Part shown: piece by piece, positions 37,654-47,047 of the stretch
Layout of the letters: the number at the start of each line of letters is the position of its first letter
Position numbering within the stretch: the first letter of the stretch is position 1
Assembly: GCA_902780865.1 (NCBI GenBank)
Contig: CACZHC010000042.1
Span: 279-64,278, forward strand
Origin: an uncultured bacterium
Lineage (GTDB): Bacteria > Verrucomicrobiota > Kiritimatiellia > RFP12 > UBA1067
DNA: 64,000 nt
Direction: 5' to 3'
Program-made: the position numbers and the translations under genes
The notes under the pieces: generated by a model
Databases searched by the model: none
Told to the model about the DNA's origin: nothing
What the model saw: the letters and a program-made list of their open reading frames with translations, nothing else

Positions 37654-38774
37654 TGTTGCGGGCCATAGCTGTTTTACTCGTGCTTGCGGCGCTTGCGGGG
37701 TGCAAGTCGTCCGGTGAGAAGTCTGACGTTCCGCAGGATCCTTTCGAGCAGTCGTTGAACGTCGAGGAGCGCGAGCTCTACTGGCATCAGCGCGGGGCCG
37801 ATGCGACAAAGGCGATATGGGAAAAGTTCCGGCTGCGCGACGACACCGCCCTGATTGGCGACGGCGTGCGCGGCATGCAGCCTTCTTATGCATTCTCCAC
37901 CCATACGTTCAACCTTCTTCTCGACAACGTGTCGATTTTTTGGCGAAAGGATCTTGCCGCAGAGGCGGTGAGCGCGTTTTTCTACGACTTCTCCAAGGTG
38001 TATCCAGACCGTTCGGCCAATTGCAGCAACGAAGAGGTGCTTCGCTGGGCAATCGTATGCACGCGCGCCTCCCGTGTCACGGGAAACAAGGTGTATCTCG
38101 AAGAGGCGCGGACTCTCTACGACTCCCTTTGGCAGTCGCAGGTTGACAACGCCCTTGACGGCGGCATGTGGCACAGAAGCGACGAGAAGGTGTCTAAAAG
38201 CGCGGCGGCCAACCTTTGCGCAGTCGTTGCTGCGCTCAACCTGTACCAGGCCACGCAGGACCTCAAGTATCTCCTTCAGGGCACCCGTCTCTACAAGTGG
38301 ACGGAAAAGCACCTTTTCGACAAGGCGACTGGTGCGATAAACACTGCGATCGACGCCGAGGGCGTTCGCTCCGCCGATGCCGAGTCCGTAGGCGATGTAG
38401 GCGTTTTTATCTGTGCGTCGATGCGGCTCTATAGGGCCACGGGGAAGGGCGCATACCTTGTGAATGCGAAGAAGGCGGCCGAGAAGCTTGTCGGGCAGTC
38501 TGCCGCAATACGCGTTGCCGAAAACTCCGAAGAGAGTCTTGCAAATGGCGTTGCCATGCGCTATCTCGCGGAGCTTGCGAGCCGTCCGGGCTGCGAACGG
38601 TATCGCGAGTACATTCTTTCCAACGCCAGGTCTGCCTGGACGTCCCGCCGTCTTTCCGACGGGCTTAACGGCCCTGACTGGGCCAAGGTGCCCCTTGCCA
38701 CCGATAGCGTGAAGCCGCAGACTGCGCTTTCCGCGGCAATTCTCTACTTCGCCGCTTCCCGCGCCTGCCGGTAA
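37650..38774 (+). CDS. lipoprotein, GH76-like (alpha-1,6-mannanase family, tentative)
   Basis: ATGATG overlap with the rlmB stop. Lipobox LAALAGC. Alpha/alpha-toroid-like repeats (AANLCAVVAALNLYQATQDLKYL). Confidence 0.55.
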   Translation: MMLRAIAVLLVLAALAGCKSSGEKSDVPQDPFEQSLNVEERELYWHQRGADATKAIWEKFRLRDDTALIGDGVRGMQPSYAFSTHTFNLLLDNVSIFWRKDLAAEAVSAFFYDFSKVYPDRSANCSNEEVLRWAIVCTRASRVTGNKVYLEEARTLYDSLWQSQVDNALDGGMWHRSDEKVSKSAAANLCAVVAALNLYQATQDLKYLLQGTRLYKWTEKHLFDKATGAINTAIDAEGVRSADAESVGDVGVFICASMRLYRATGKGAYLVNAKKAAEKLVGQSAAIRVAENSEESLANGVAMRYLAELASRPGCERYREYILSNARSAWTSRRLSDGLNGPDWAKVPLATDSVKPQTALSAAILYFAASRACR

Positions 38775-38822
38775 TGGCGCTGCGCGCGACCACAGAAATC
38801 CTACCCGTGCGGGCGTTCTTTT

Positions 38823-38831
38823 TGGTATAAT
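38823..38831 (+). promoter_or_regulatory. extended -10 box TGGTATAAT, 7 nt before the ATG at 38839 (leaderless)
   Basis: ttttggtataat acaaaga ATG. Confidence 0.55.
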
Positions 38832-38838
38832 ACAAAGA

Positions 38839-40209
38839 ATGAAATTCAAATATAAGTCGATGTCGGAGTACTGCTCCGAATACGTGCGCTATCTGGGGAT
38901 CGCGAAGACCGAACGCCGCAGCTATGCCGAGAGCGTTCGGCTTCTCGAAAAAAGGGGATTCAAGGACATCTCCAAGTTCAAGACGCTGAAGCCCGGCGAC
39001 AAGGTGTATCGCGGCTACGAAGGTCGCACCGTCATGGCCGCGGTGATCGGCAAGAAGAAGATTTCCGAAGTCGGTCTCAAGGTCGTCGGCGGCCATACCG
39101 ATGCGCCGCGTCTCGACCTCAAGCCGAGGCCACTCTACGAGAAAGGCGGCTACGTCTACTTCGACTGCCATATCTACGGCGGCATCAAGAAGTACCAGTG
39201 GCTCGTCCTTCCGCTCGCGCTCTACGGAACAGTCGTCCGCAAGGACGGCAAGAAGATCGACATCGCTGTGGGCGACGCGCCCGGCGACCCCGTCTTCATG
39301 ATTAGCGACATCCTGCCCCATCTCGGCAAGGATCAGGCGAAGCAGACGCGCGACGAGTTCTTCCCCGCCGAAGATCTCGATGTCTTTGCGTGGACGACTT
39401 ACGCGAAGCCCGAGAAGGGCGCGAAGCCAGGCGAAGAGCCCAAGGCCGGCAAGTCCGATTTCGTCGCCTATTTGAAGAAGACCTACAAGATCGACGAAGA
39501 GGATCTTCTCTCGGCCGAGCTCGAGATCGTCCCCGCGGGAATGCCGCGCGAAGTCGGCTTCGACCGCGCTCTCATCGCCGGCTACGGCCATGACGACCGC
39601 GTCTGCTCGTTCGCCGGCCTCCAGGCGCTTATCGACGCTTCCGACCACATCCCCGACGTCACCGCGTCGATTCTCATGTGCGACAAGGAGGAGATCGGCT
39701 CTATGGGCTCCACCGGCATGCAGTCGAGCTTCTTCGAGAACACCGTCGCCGAGATGGTCGAGCGCCAGGAGAAGAACGCGCGCGACATCCTCGTGCGCCG
39801 CGCGCTCGAGCACTCCACGATGCTCTCCGCCGACGTGTCGGCCGCGTCCGATCCCCACTTCCCCGACGTCGACTCGACCGGCAACCGTGCGCGCTTCCAC
39901 GCAGGCCCCGTCGCCTCTAAGTACACCGGCGGCACGACAAAGGGCGGCGCGAGCGACTGCGGCCCCGAGTTCATCGCCGAGATTCGCCGCATTATGGACG
40001 AAGGCGACGTCACATGGCAGATGTGCGAGCTTGGCCGCATGGAGAAGGGCGGCGGCGGCACGATCTCCCAGTACATGGCGAGGTTCGGCATGAAGGTGCT
40101 CGACATGGGCACACCTCTTCTCAACATGCACGCCCCGTGGGAGCTCGCATCGAAATTTGACTGTTGGCAAACATACCGCGCATACAGCGCATACCTAAGG
40201 AGTAAATAA
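38839..40209 (+). CDS. M18-family aminopeptidase
   Basis: VGGHTDAPRLDLKPRP, GYGHDDRVC, DKEEIGS motifs. Confidence 0.9.
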   Translation: MKFKYKSMSEYCSEYVRYLGIAKTERRSYAESVRLLEKRGFKDISKFKTLKPGDKVYRGYEGRTVMAAVIGKKKISEVGLKVVGGHTDAPRLDLKPRPLYEKGGYVYFDCHIYGGIKKYQWLVLPLALYGTVVRKDGKKIDIAVGDAPGDPVFMISDILPHLGKDQAKQTRDEFFPAEDLDVFAWTTYAKPEKGAKPGEEPKAGKSDFVAYLKKTYKIDEEDLLSAELEIVPAGMPREVGFDRALIAGYGHDDRVCSFAGLQALIDASDHIPDVTASILMCDKEEIGSMGSTGMQSSFFENTVAEMVERQEKNARDILVRRALEHSTMLSADVSAASDPHFPDVDSTGNRARFHAGPVASKYTGGTTKGGASDCGPEFIAEIRRIMDEGDVTWQMCELGRMEKGGGGTISQYMARFGMKVLDMGTPLLNMHAPWELASKFDCWQTYRAYSAYLRSK

Positions 40210-40210
40210 A

Positions 40211-41743
40211 ATGATCGACATCAACCGCAGGAGTTTTCTTTTTGGTTCGGCCGCGGCCGCAACGCTCGCCGGCTGCTCGACTGCAAAGGTCGGGGCTCGC
40301 GAACTCAAGCCGGGCGAGAAGCGCAACGTCGCCATGATCGGCATCGGCATCCAGGGGCGCTTCCTCCTCACCGAGTTCCTGAGGCAGCCCAACGTCCGCG
40401 TCGTCGCCATCTGCGACGTCGACAAGACGCGCCGCGAGGACAGCGCGGGGAAGGTCAATGCCCACTACAAGGACGGCTCCAAGTGTGCGACTTACGCAGA
40501 CTTCCGCGAAGTGCTCGCCAATCCCGAGATCGACGCCGTCTGCATCGCGACGCCTGACCACTGGCATGCGTACATCTCCGTCGAGGCGATGAAGCACGGC
40601 AAGGACGTCTACTGCGAAAAGCCGCTTACCTACTCGATCGACGAGGCGAAGAAGGTGATCGAGGCCCAGAAGAAGTACGGTCGCGTCTTCCAGACGGGCT
40701 CGATGCAGCGTTCGTGGCGCGTCTTCCGCATGGCGGCATCGCTCGTTCGCGGCGGCGTCATCGGCGACGTCAGGTACGTCGACGCCAACTACGGCATCGG
40801 CGGCAAGAAGCTCGGCGGTCCTTCCCACCCGATCCGTTTCTTCGACGATCCCAAGAACGCCGCCAAGGAGTCCGAGGGGTACGACAAGCTCGGAGAGTGG
40901 GGCTGGGACATGTGGCTTGGGCCTGCCAAGTGGCGCCCCTATTCCAACCAGCTTGCGCCTGTCGGCGTAAACACGTTCTACCCGATGTTCTGGCGCTTCG
41001 ACGACGACATCGGCTCGGGCTACAACGGCGACTGGGGTGCACATCACCTCGACATCGCGCAGTGGGGTCTTGACATGGACGACTCCGGCCCTTACAAGAT
41101 CATCCGCTCCGACGAGCCCTACTCGACCGACCTCTTCCACGGCGGCCGCCGCCAGTTCGGCATGAGGATGCTCTTCAAGTCGAAGAAGGACGGCAAGGAC
41201 ATCGAGCTCTACCACGGGCCGTTCGGCGTGTGGGGAACCGTGTTCTACGGCACCAAGGGCGTCGTCGCCGTCAACCGCGGCAAGATCGCCGTCTGGGCCG
41301 GCTTTGACGCAACGACCGTCCGTCCGACCGAGGACATCCGCAAGTCGCTTCAGGACGTCACCTACATGAAGGACCACATCGTCGCGGAGTCCGTCGGCAA
41401 GGACTACGGCACCGACGCCGCGGTCAAGAAGGACAACAAGCTTGACTCGGCCCTCGACCTCCTTGAGAAGAAGTACGCCGCCGAGATCAAGAAGGCCGGC
41501 CTCTACGAGAGCCCCAACCAGATCCAGAACTTCTGCGAGTGCATCGACTCCCGCAAGATCACGATCTCGCCTGCCGAGGTCGGCGGCCGCAGCTGCACGC
41601 TGTGCCTCCTCTGCAACATGTCGTACATCTACGACACCGGCTTCGACTGGGATCCCAAGAACATGCAGCTCGCCGAGGGCGAGAAGAAGGGCATCTCCAC
41701 CAAGCGCGAAGTCTACCGCAACGGATGGGAGATCGTCGTCTGA
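40211..41743 (+). CDS. Tat-exported lipoprotein, Gfo/Idh/MocA oxidoreductase (GH109-like architecture)
   Basis: NRRSFLFGSAAAATLAGC twin-arginine signal with lipobox, then VAMIGIGIQG Rossmann start. Confidence 0.8.
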   Translation: MIDINRRSFLFGSAAAATLAGCSTAKVGARELKPGEKRNVAMIGIGIQGRFLLTEFLRQPNVRVVAICDVDKTRREDSAGKVNAHYKDGSKCATYADFREVLANPEIDAVCIATPDHWHAYISVEAMKHGKDVYCEKPLTYSIDEAKKVIEAQKKYGRVFQTGSMQRSWRVFRMAASLVRGGVIGDVRYVDANYGIGGKKLGGPSHPIRFFDDPKNAAKESEGYDKLGEWGWDMWLGPAKWRPYSNQLAPVGVNTFYPMFWRFDDDIGSGYNGDWGAHHLDIAQWGLDMDDSGPYKIIRSDEPYSTDLFHGGRRQFGMRMLFKSKKDGKDIELYHGPFGVWGTVFYGTKGVVAVNRGKIAVWAGFDATTVRPTEDIRKSLQDVTYMKDHIVAESVGKDYGTDAAVKKDNKLDSALDLLEKKYAAEIKKAGLYESPNQIQNFCECIDSRKITISPAEVGGRSCTLCLLCNMSYIYDTGFDWDPKNMQLAEGEKKGISTKREVYRNGWEIVV

Positions 41744-42936
41744 TGAAACCTGTAAGGGCCATAATACTCGGCTACGGCATACGCGGACGCGCGTACGCGT
41801 CCTATGCGAAGACCCATCCCGACGAGTTCGAGATCGCGGGCCTTGCCGACCCCGTGGCCGAGTTCCCCGCAGACGCGACTTATCCGACGTGGAAGAGCTG
41901 GGAAGCGGCGCTTGACGCCGGCGTCGACGCTGATGCCGTCGTCATCTCGCTCCCCGACCGGCTTCACCACAAGTCGTGCCTCAAGGCGCTCGAGAAGGGC
42001 TACCACGTCCTTCTCGAGAAGCCGATCGGGTGCACTTGGCAGGAGTGCGTCGACATTGCGGAGGCCCAGAAGCGCACAAAGCGCCTCGTCCTCACGGGCT
42101 ACGTCCTCAGATATGCGCCGTTCTACAAGAAGCTCCGCGAGGTGATCGCCTCGGGTGCGATCGGCGAGCTTACGAGCGTCCATCACCTCGCGGCCATTTC
42201 ATACGGCAAGGCGGCCCACGCCTACTGCCGCGGCAACTGGTCGGTCGAGGCGAAGGGCACCGGCATGCTCGTCAACAAGTGTACGCACGACTTCGACCTC
42301 ATCGAATGGTGGACGAAGGGCAAGCGCTGCAAGAAGATATCGAGCTTCGGCTCGCTCATGCACTGGCGGCCCGAGAACAAGCCGGCAGGAGCTGCGGACC
42401 ACTGTAAGGACTGCCCCGCGTCCGTCCGCGAGAAGTGCCCGTTTGACGCGTACAAGATCTACTACGAGCGCACCGATCTGAGATATCACTTCGCCGACGA
42501 GTCCGACGAGGCGATACTGAACATGATAGAGAAGTCTCCGTACGGCCGCTGCGTCTATGCCTGCGGCAACGATTCCGTCGACCACCAGACGGTGCTCATG
42601 GAGTACGACGGCGGGCTTACGATCATCCTTGAGATGGAGAGCTACTCGCAGCAGCGCACGCGCGTCACGCATTTCTACGGTACGCGCGGCGAGGTGATTG
42701 CCGACGAGCACAAGATCGAGATACTTCCGTTCCTCGGCGACTCGACGACGATCATCCCGCAACAGTACGGCCATCACGGCGGCGGCGACCGCGAGATCAT
42801 GACCGAGTTCGTGAAGCTCGTGAGGACCGCGTCGCCTGAACGCTATTCCGCGGTGCTCGACGCCGCTCTGGAGTCTCACAGGATCGCCTTCCTCGCCGAA
42901 GAGTCCCGCAAGACCGCCCGCACGATCTGCGATTGA
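41743..42936 (+). CDS. Gfo/Idh/MocA family oxidoreductase
   Basis: TGATG stop/start overlap. MKPVRAIILGYGIRG start; upstream ORF extension is Arg-rich. Confidence 0.85.
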   Translation: MKPVRAIILGYGIRGRAYASYAKTHPDEFEIAGLADPVAEFPADATYPTWKSWEAALDAGVDADAVVISLPDRLHHKSCLKALEKGYHVLLEKPIGCTWQECVDIAEAQKRTKRLVLTGYVLRYAPFYKKLREVIASGAIGELTSVHHLAAISYGKAAHAYCRGNWSVEAKGTGMLVNKCTHDFDLIEWWTKGKRCKKISSFGSLMHWRPENKPAGAADHCKDCPASVREKCPFDAYKIYYERTDLRYHFADESDEAILNMIEKSPYGRCVYACGNDSVDHQTVLMEYDGGLTIILEMESYSQQRTRVTHFYGTRGEVIADEHKIEILPFLGDSTTIIPQQYGHHGGGDREIMTEFVKLVRTASPERYSAVLDAALESHRIAFLAEESRKTARTICD

Positions 42937-42960
42937 GGTTGTCAACCACGGAATACACTG

Positions 42961-42986
42961 AACACACGGAAGCGATTCCGTGTGTT
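42961..42986. terminator. intrinsic terminator (11-bp stem, GCGA loop, T tract) between convergent genes
   Basis: aacacacggaa gcga ttccgtgtgtt ttgtttt. Confidence 0.75.
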
Positions 42987-42991
42987 TTGTT

Positions 42992-43927
42992 TTATGCCGG
43001 CAGCAATAGCTTTAGGATGCCGACAACTGTGCCTTTCAGGTAAGACCAGGCAATGTCTGGGCGCTTGTTTTTGATTGCTACAAGTCCGTAGTAGACGGCA
43101 GACAGCGGAGCGAAGGCTAGTGCAACGGAAGCAATCTGCAGCAACGAGAAGTGTTTGCGCGCAAATCTAAGACGGTTGCGCGCAAAACAGTAGGTGCGAT
43201 AAGGCTTTTCTATGCCGAGCTGCCGAAGCTCTGGCACGCAGCCAGGCTCAAGAAAGCCGTGGTGTGCTGTTCGTGCCGTTGTAAGGACGATTTCCTCGTA
43301 GCCGGCTTCGCCGATTTTCCAACCAAAATCGGATTCTTCGAATATCTGGACATACTTCTCGTCAAATCCGCCGACGGCATCGAAGACCTTTCGCGGGACC
43401 ATGAAGCCGTTTGGATAATAAGACGTCGGATATGACGCTGGATTTTCTGGAAGTTCGGCGATTGGAAGGTTTGGGCAGTGGTCTTTTGGCTGAGATGTCC
43501 ATCTATTGAAGTTGCTTCCGAGAGACCAGATGACGTTGTTCTTCCCCGGCCGCGTGTGGATTGCCATTGGCGCGACGAGTCCAAGTTTTGCGTTCTCGCT
43601 GAACGCCTGAGTCATCTCAATGAAGATTCGCCTGTCAACGACATTGTCGTCATCAAGGAAGAAGAGATAGTCGCCAGTCGCAATCTTCGCGCCGTTGTTG
43701 CGCGACACCGCCTGAAAGGAATTACGTTCGTTACGAATGTATTTTACCTTGTCGCCAAACAGCTCCTTGATTCTTGTTCCCGTGTCGTCTGGCGAACAGT
43801 CGTCGACGACAATGACCTCAAGCTCAGGCCATTCCGTGTCCAGCACGCTCTGGACGCAGCGGCAGACCATCTCCGCGCGGTTGAACGTCGGGATTATGAC
43901 GGAGATTATATTGGATGACCTCATCAT
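42992..43927 (-). CDS. family 2 glycosyltransferase
   Basis: ISVIIPTFNRAE..VVDDCSPDDT..LFFLDDDN. Confidence 0.9.
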   Translation of the reverse strand: MMRSSNIISVIIPTFNRAEMVCRCVQSVLDTEWPELEVIVVDDCSPDDTGTRIKELFGDKVKYIRNERNSFQAVSRNNGAKIATGDYLFFLDDDNVVDRRIFIEMTQAFSENAKLGLVAPMAIHTRPGKNNVIWSLGSNFNRWTSQPKDHCPNLPIAELPENPASYPTSYYPNGFMVPRKVFDAVGGFDEKYVQIFEESDFGWKIGEAGYEEIVLTTARTAHHGFLEPGCVPELRQLGIEKPYRTYCFARNRLRFARKHFSLLQIASVALAFAPLSAVYYGLVAIKNKRPDIAWSYLKGTVVGILKLLLPA

Positions 43928-43933
43928 GTATGA

Positions 43934-44944
43934 TTATGATTTGCTATGAAGATACAACATAAGCTCTTTCAGCGGAGGGATACGAACAATGGTCTTGAAA
44001 ATTACTTTGTCTGAGACTTTCCGTATCCGTGAAATCTGTCTTCTAGCGGCACTGATTCTTGCGCGTTCGTTATGGGTAATGAAAATGGCGTGCCAATCCC
44101 CCTTGAATATGTCGATATGTCCCTTCAGAAGATGCAGAAGCGAATGGCAAAGCAAAAGGGTTTTGCAGACTGTTAGAATTCGCAGCCTACTCCCAAACGA
44201 CAAATTTGCACTTAGAGAGAACAAAACATTCTTTAGATATCTTGCCATCACATCGGAATGTCGGAATTGATTAGTTGTAGCTCCGCATAGGTGATCGATG
44301 GGAGGTGTCTTAACATACCAAACCTCGTTGCCCGATAGCCAAATCCTGTGGCAAAGGTCTGTCTCTTCGTAGTAACACCAGAAGTGCGACCTAAAGAGGA
44401 ATCCACCAACACATGTCAGAAGTGATCGGCGAAATAGCAAAAAGAATCCACTGACGGTATAGCATGGATGTGTCTCGTCAAAGATAGATTCTTTTTGATT
44501 AAACCCAGGGGACCACATAAAGCCTATTGGAGTAAGAAAACTTCCGCAGCCGGCGAGGGTGTTTCCTTCGCGCGGAAGTTGGCCAGACCCCTGTGCTGCT
44601 CCGCATCGTGGATTGTTGTCGAGGAAGGCGATGAGTTGATCGATGGACTCGCGTGTATGGACGATTGTATCGTTGTTGAGAAACAGGATGTATTCTCTGT
44701 CGCAGTATGGAAGTGCGCGGTTGTTTCCTCCTGCGAAGCCAGGATTGCCAGCGCTTGGCAGATATATTGCGTTAGAATGAGACGCGACGATTCGCCGTGT
44801 TGCTTCGGAAGGGGAATTGTCTACGACTATGATTTGTGGAGCTTGCCCACATGTTTCTTTCAATGAATCTAGACAAAGTCTTATCAACTCGTCGCCTTTA
44901 TAGGTGACAAGTATTATTGAAACATCATTCAAAGTATGTGTCAC
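43934..44944 (-). CDS. family 2 glycosyltransferase (rhamnosyltransferase-like)
   Basis: GTG start. VSIILVTYKG..VVDNSPSE..FLNNDT. Confidence 0.85.
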   Translation of the reverse strand: MTHTLNDVSIILVTYKGDELIRLCLDSLKETCGQAPQIIVVDNSPSEATRRIVASHSNAIYLPSAGNPGFAGGNNRALPYCDREYILFLNNDTIVHTRESIDQLIAFLDNNPRCGAAQGSGQLPREGNTLAGCGSFLTPIGFMWSPGFNQKESIFDETHPCYTVSGFFLLFRRSLLTCVGGFLFRSHFWCYYEETDLCHRIWLSGNEVWYVKTPPIDHLCGATTNQFRHSDVMARYLKNVLFSLSANLSFGSRLRILTVCKTLLLCHSLLHLLKGHIDIFKGDWHAIFITHNERARISAARRQISRIRKVSDKVIFKTIVRIPPLKELMLYLHSKS

Positions 44945-45003
44945 TATTGTTGATTATCGGAATTTGGAGAAGCTGCTATGGCAATCAAATATGGCTTTTT
45001 CAT
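44944..45003 (-). CDS. 19-codon leader ORF coupled to the GT2 operon (MKKPYLIAIAASPNSDNQQ)
   Basis: GGGAGG 6 nt before the ATG at 45003. Its TAG overlaps the GTG of the next gene (TAGTG). Below the ORF-track size cut-off. Confidence 0.3.
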   Translation of the reverse strand: MKKPYLIAIAASPNSDNQQ

Positions 45004-45026
45004 ATTGTGCCTCCCTTTGCGTAAAT

Positions 45027-45035
45027 ATTATACCA
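45027..45035 (-). promoter_or_regulatory. extended -10 box TGGTATAAT (minus strand)
   Basis: Complement of attatacca; faces the minus-strand GT operon. Confidence 0.5.
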
Positions 45036-45113
45036 TAAAGAGAGGAGGGATGTGAGCGCGTTATATGCGCCTCCTTTGACGAAGTGCGGTGAATTACGAA
45101 CGGGCGTTTAATT

Positions 45114-45122
45114 TGGTATAAT
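45114..45122 (+). promoter_or_regulatory. extended -10 box TGGTATAAT, 6 nt before the ATG at 45129
   Basis: atttggtataat atccgc ATG. Confidence 0.5.
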
Positions 45123-45128
45123 ATCCGC

Positions 45129-45272
45129 ATGGACAATGAGATGTTTGAGCGAAACCTACCGCCATATCTGGTGCACGAACGCGATGCCAGGAAGAAGGGC
45201 GTTCGGCTGCAGCTCTACAGGATCTATCTCGCAGCCAGGCAAGACGTGATGTTTAAAAGGACTGGAGTATGA
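45129..45272 (+). CDS. 47-codon leaderless small ORF coupled (ATGA) to the next gene
   Basis: MDNEMFERNLPPYLVHERDARKKGVRLQLYRIYLAARQDVMFKRTGV. Its stop TGA at 45270 overlaps the ATG at 45269. Below the ORF-track cut-off. Confidence 0.35.
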   Translation: MDNEMFERNLPPYLVHERDARKKGVRLQLYRIYLAARQDVMFKRTGV

Positions 45273-46297
45273 GTGGGAAATCTGCGGATTTTGTTGAGGA
45301 TCGTTTTGGATATCCGATGAATCTTCGAGCGTATGTGACGCGCGGAATCATATGGGGTCAGCGCATAGTCTTTTCTCGTGTCCTTAACGGGATAAACGAT
45401 CATCGCCCTATTCCGCCTGATTATGTTGGACAAGCTGCTAATGACATCATCCGTGAACTGCTTGAACGAGATGCCCCATGCCTGATTGCGCGTTTCGGAT
45501 GTGTGGAACTTGATGCAATTCTTCGTGGTTATGACATTGCAATCAGGAAAAATAACTTGATTAAGTTCGTTAGGCTCTTTACAGGCGCGTCGGGGCCATT
45601 TTGGTGGGATAATTCAATCCGAAAAAATATGCTTTGCACAACCGGCGTATTTCCTGTTGATGATGATACGTTGATGCGGTTCTCTAAACGATGCTTGGAG
45701 GATTGTGCGCAATTAGATGTATTGGGATCGTGGAATGCACGAGAACTTGAACTGAAACGTGGTTTTTTCCCCCATGTAAAAGGAATTTCGCTCATTGATC
45801 TGGAACCGTTTTTCAGGAACGAGCCATGGACGCAGGCACTTAAAGGGAAAAAGGTGCTTGTCGTGCATCCGTTTGACGCAACCATCCGGGAACAGTATGC
45901 GCGGCGGGAACGGCTGTTCAACGATGCGCGAATACTCCCGGCATTTGAACTTATCACTTACAGGCCGGTGCAGTCATTTCTTGGGTTAAAGACGCCGTAT
46001 CACGATTGGTTTGAAGCTCTCGGCAAGATGTGTGACGATATTGCCAAGATCGATTTTGATGTTGCCTTGCTCGGCTGCGGGGCTTATGGCATGTCGCTGG
46101 GCGCGTTCATCAAGCGCGACATGGGGCGCAAAGCCGTCCATCTTGGCGGGGTGACGCAAGTCCTTTTCGGGATTAAAGGTGGCCGCTATGACCCGAATCC
46201 GTATTACAATCGACTGTACAACGAATTCTGGGTGCGACCAAATGACAGAGAGCGTCCGATAAATTTTAGACAGCATGAAGGTGGTGCTTATTGGTAA
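45269..46297 (+). CDS. hypothetical glycan-biosynthesis protein, possibly GT-D/DUF1792-like glycosyltransferase
   Basis: 342-aa ORF in the glycan island. IARFGCVELD and LLGCGAYG segments are reminiscent of DUF1792. Weak assignment. Confidence 0.45.
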   Translation: MSGKSADFVEDRFGYPMNLRAYVTRGIIWGQRIVFSRVLNGINDHRPIPPDYVGQAANDIIRELLERDAPCLIARFGCVELDAILRGYDIAIRKNNLIKFVRLFTGASGPFWWDNSIRKNMLCTTGVFPVDDDTLMRFSKRCLEDCAQLDVLGSWNARELELKRGFFPHVKGISLIDLEPFFRNEPWTQALKGKKVLVVHPFDATIREQYARRERLFNDARILPAFELITYRPVQSFLGLKTPYHDWFEALGKMCDDIAKIDFDVALLGCGAYGMSLGAFIKRDMGRKAVHLGGVTQVLFGIKGGRYDPNPYYNRLYNEFWVRPNDRERPINFRQHEGGAYW

Positions 46298-47036
46298 TGG
46301 TATGTATAAGCAAGTAACAATCTTGATCTACACGTTTCCCGAGAAAGGGAACGAAGCGACTGCATTTACAAAGATTGTAGCCTCCATAGAACGCACTTGG
46401 GAAAATGTCGGGAAGCTAAAAACGGTCATTGTGGCAAGTCATCACTTCGCTGATGTGGACAACTTCGCATCGCAGCATTCCAATGTAGAGCTTCAGATAG
46501 AGCCATCGCTCGTCTACGGCAGCATCACCACTATGTCGATGGACTGCATCAAGCGACTTTATACAAGATTTACCACGCCTTATGTCCTCATTATCCAGGA
46601 TGACGGCTATCCGGTTCGCCCGGGTCTTGAGCAGTTTGTGGGCAAATGGGATTTCATCGGCGCGCCGTCGGTGCGTGACGGCCGTCGCCGCTTGATGAAC
46701 TTGCTTGGCTTTCCTTGCCTGAACGGAGGGTTCTCGCTGCGTTCTAAGCGCATCTGCATTCGCGCCGCAAACGCATGGAACAGATGGTGGCGTTTCTTTT
46801 TGAATCCTAAATCACGCTTCTTTTTTGAAGATACATTCTACACTCTGACTGCATGCCTAGGATGGGGCTATCGGCATGGGCTAAAGTTTGCGGGTGAAAA
46901 AGACGCCTTCGCATTTGCCTTTGATTCGCTTAAGGGCCTGATAGTAAAGCCGAAGGACATTGACTCTTTTGGCATTCATGGACGTTCTACAGTTGATATG
47001 TTGAGGCGCGGGATAGAAAACACAACAGTAGGATAG
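46275..47036 (+). CDS. DUF5672-like protein (paralogue of 48081..48914)
   Basis: YVLIIQDDGYP..DFIGAP..NGGFSLRS shared with the paralogue. Alternative start ATG at 46302. Confidence 0.7.
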   Translation: MKVVLIGNGMYKQVTILIYTFPEKGNEATAFTKIVASIERTWENVGKLKTVIVASHHFADVDNFASQHSNVELQIEPSLVYGSITTMSMDCIKRLYTRFTTPYVLIIQDDGYPVRPGLEQFVGKWDFIGAPSVRDGRRRLMNLLGFPCLNGGFSLRSKRICIRAANAWNRWWRFFLNPKSRFFFEDTFYTLTACLGWGYRHGLKFAGEKDAFAFAFDSLKGLIVKPKDIDSFGIHGRSTVDMLRRGIENTTVG

Positions 47037-47047
47037 GAGTCCGGTTG

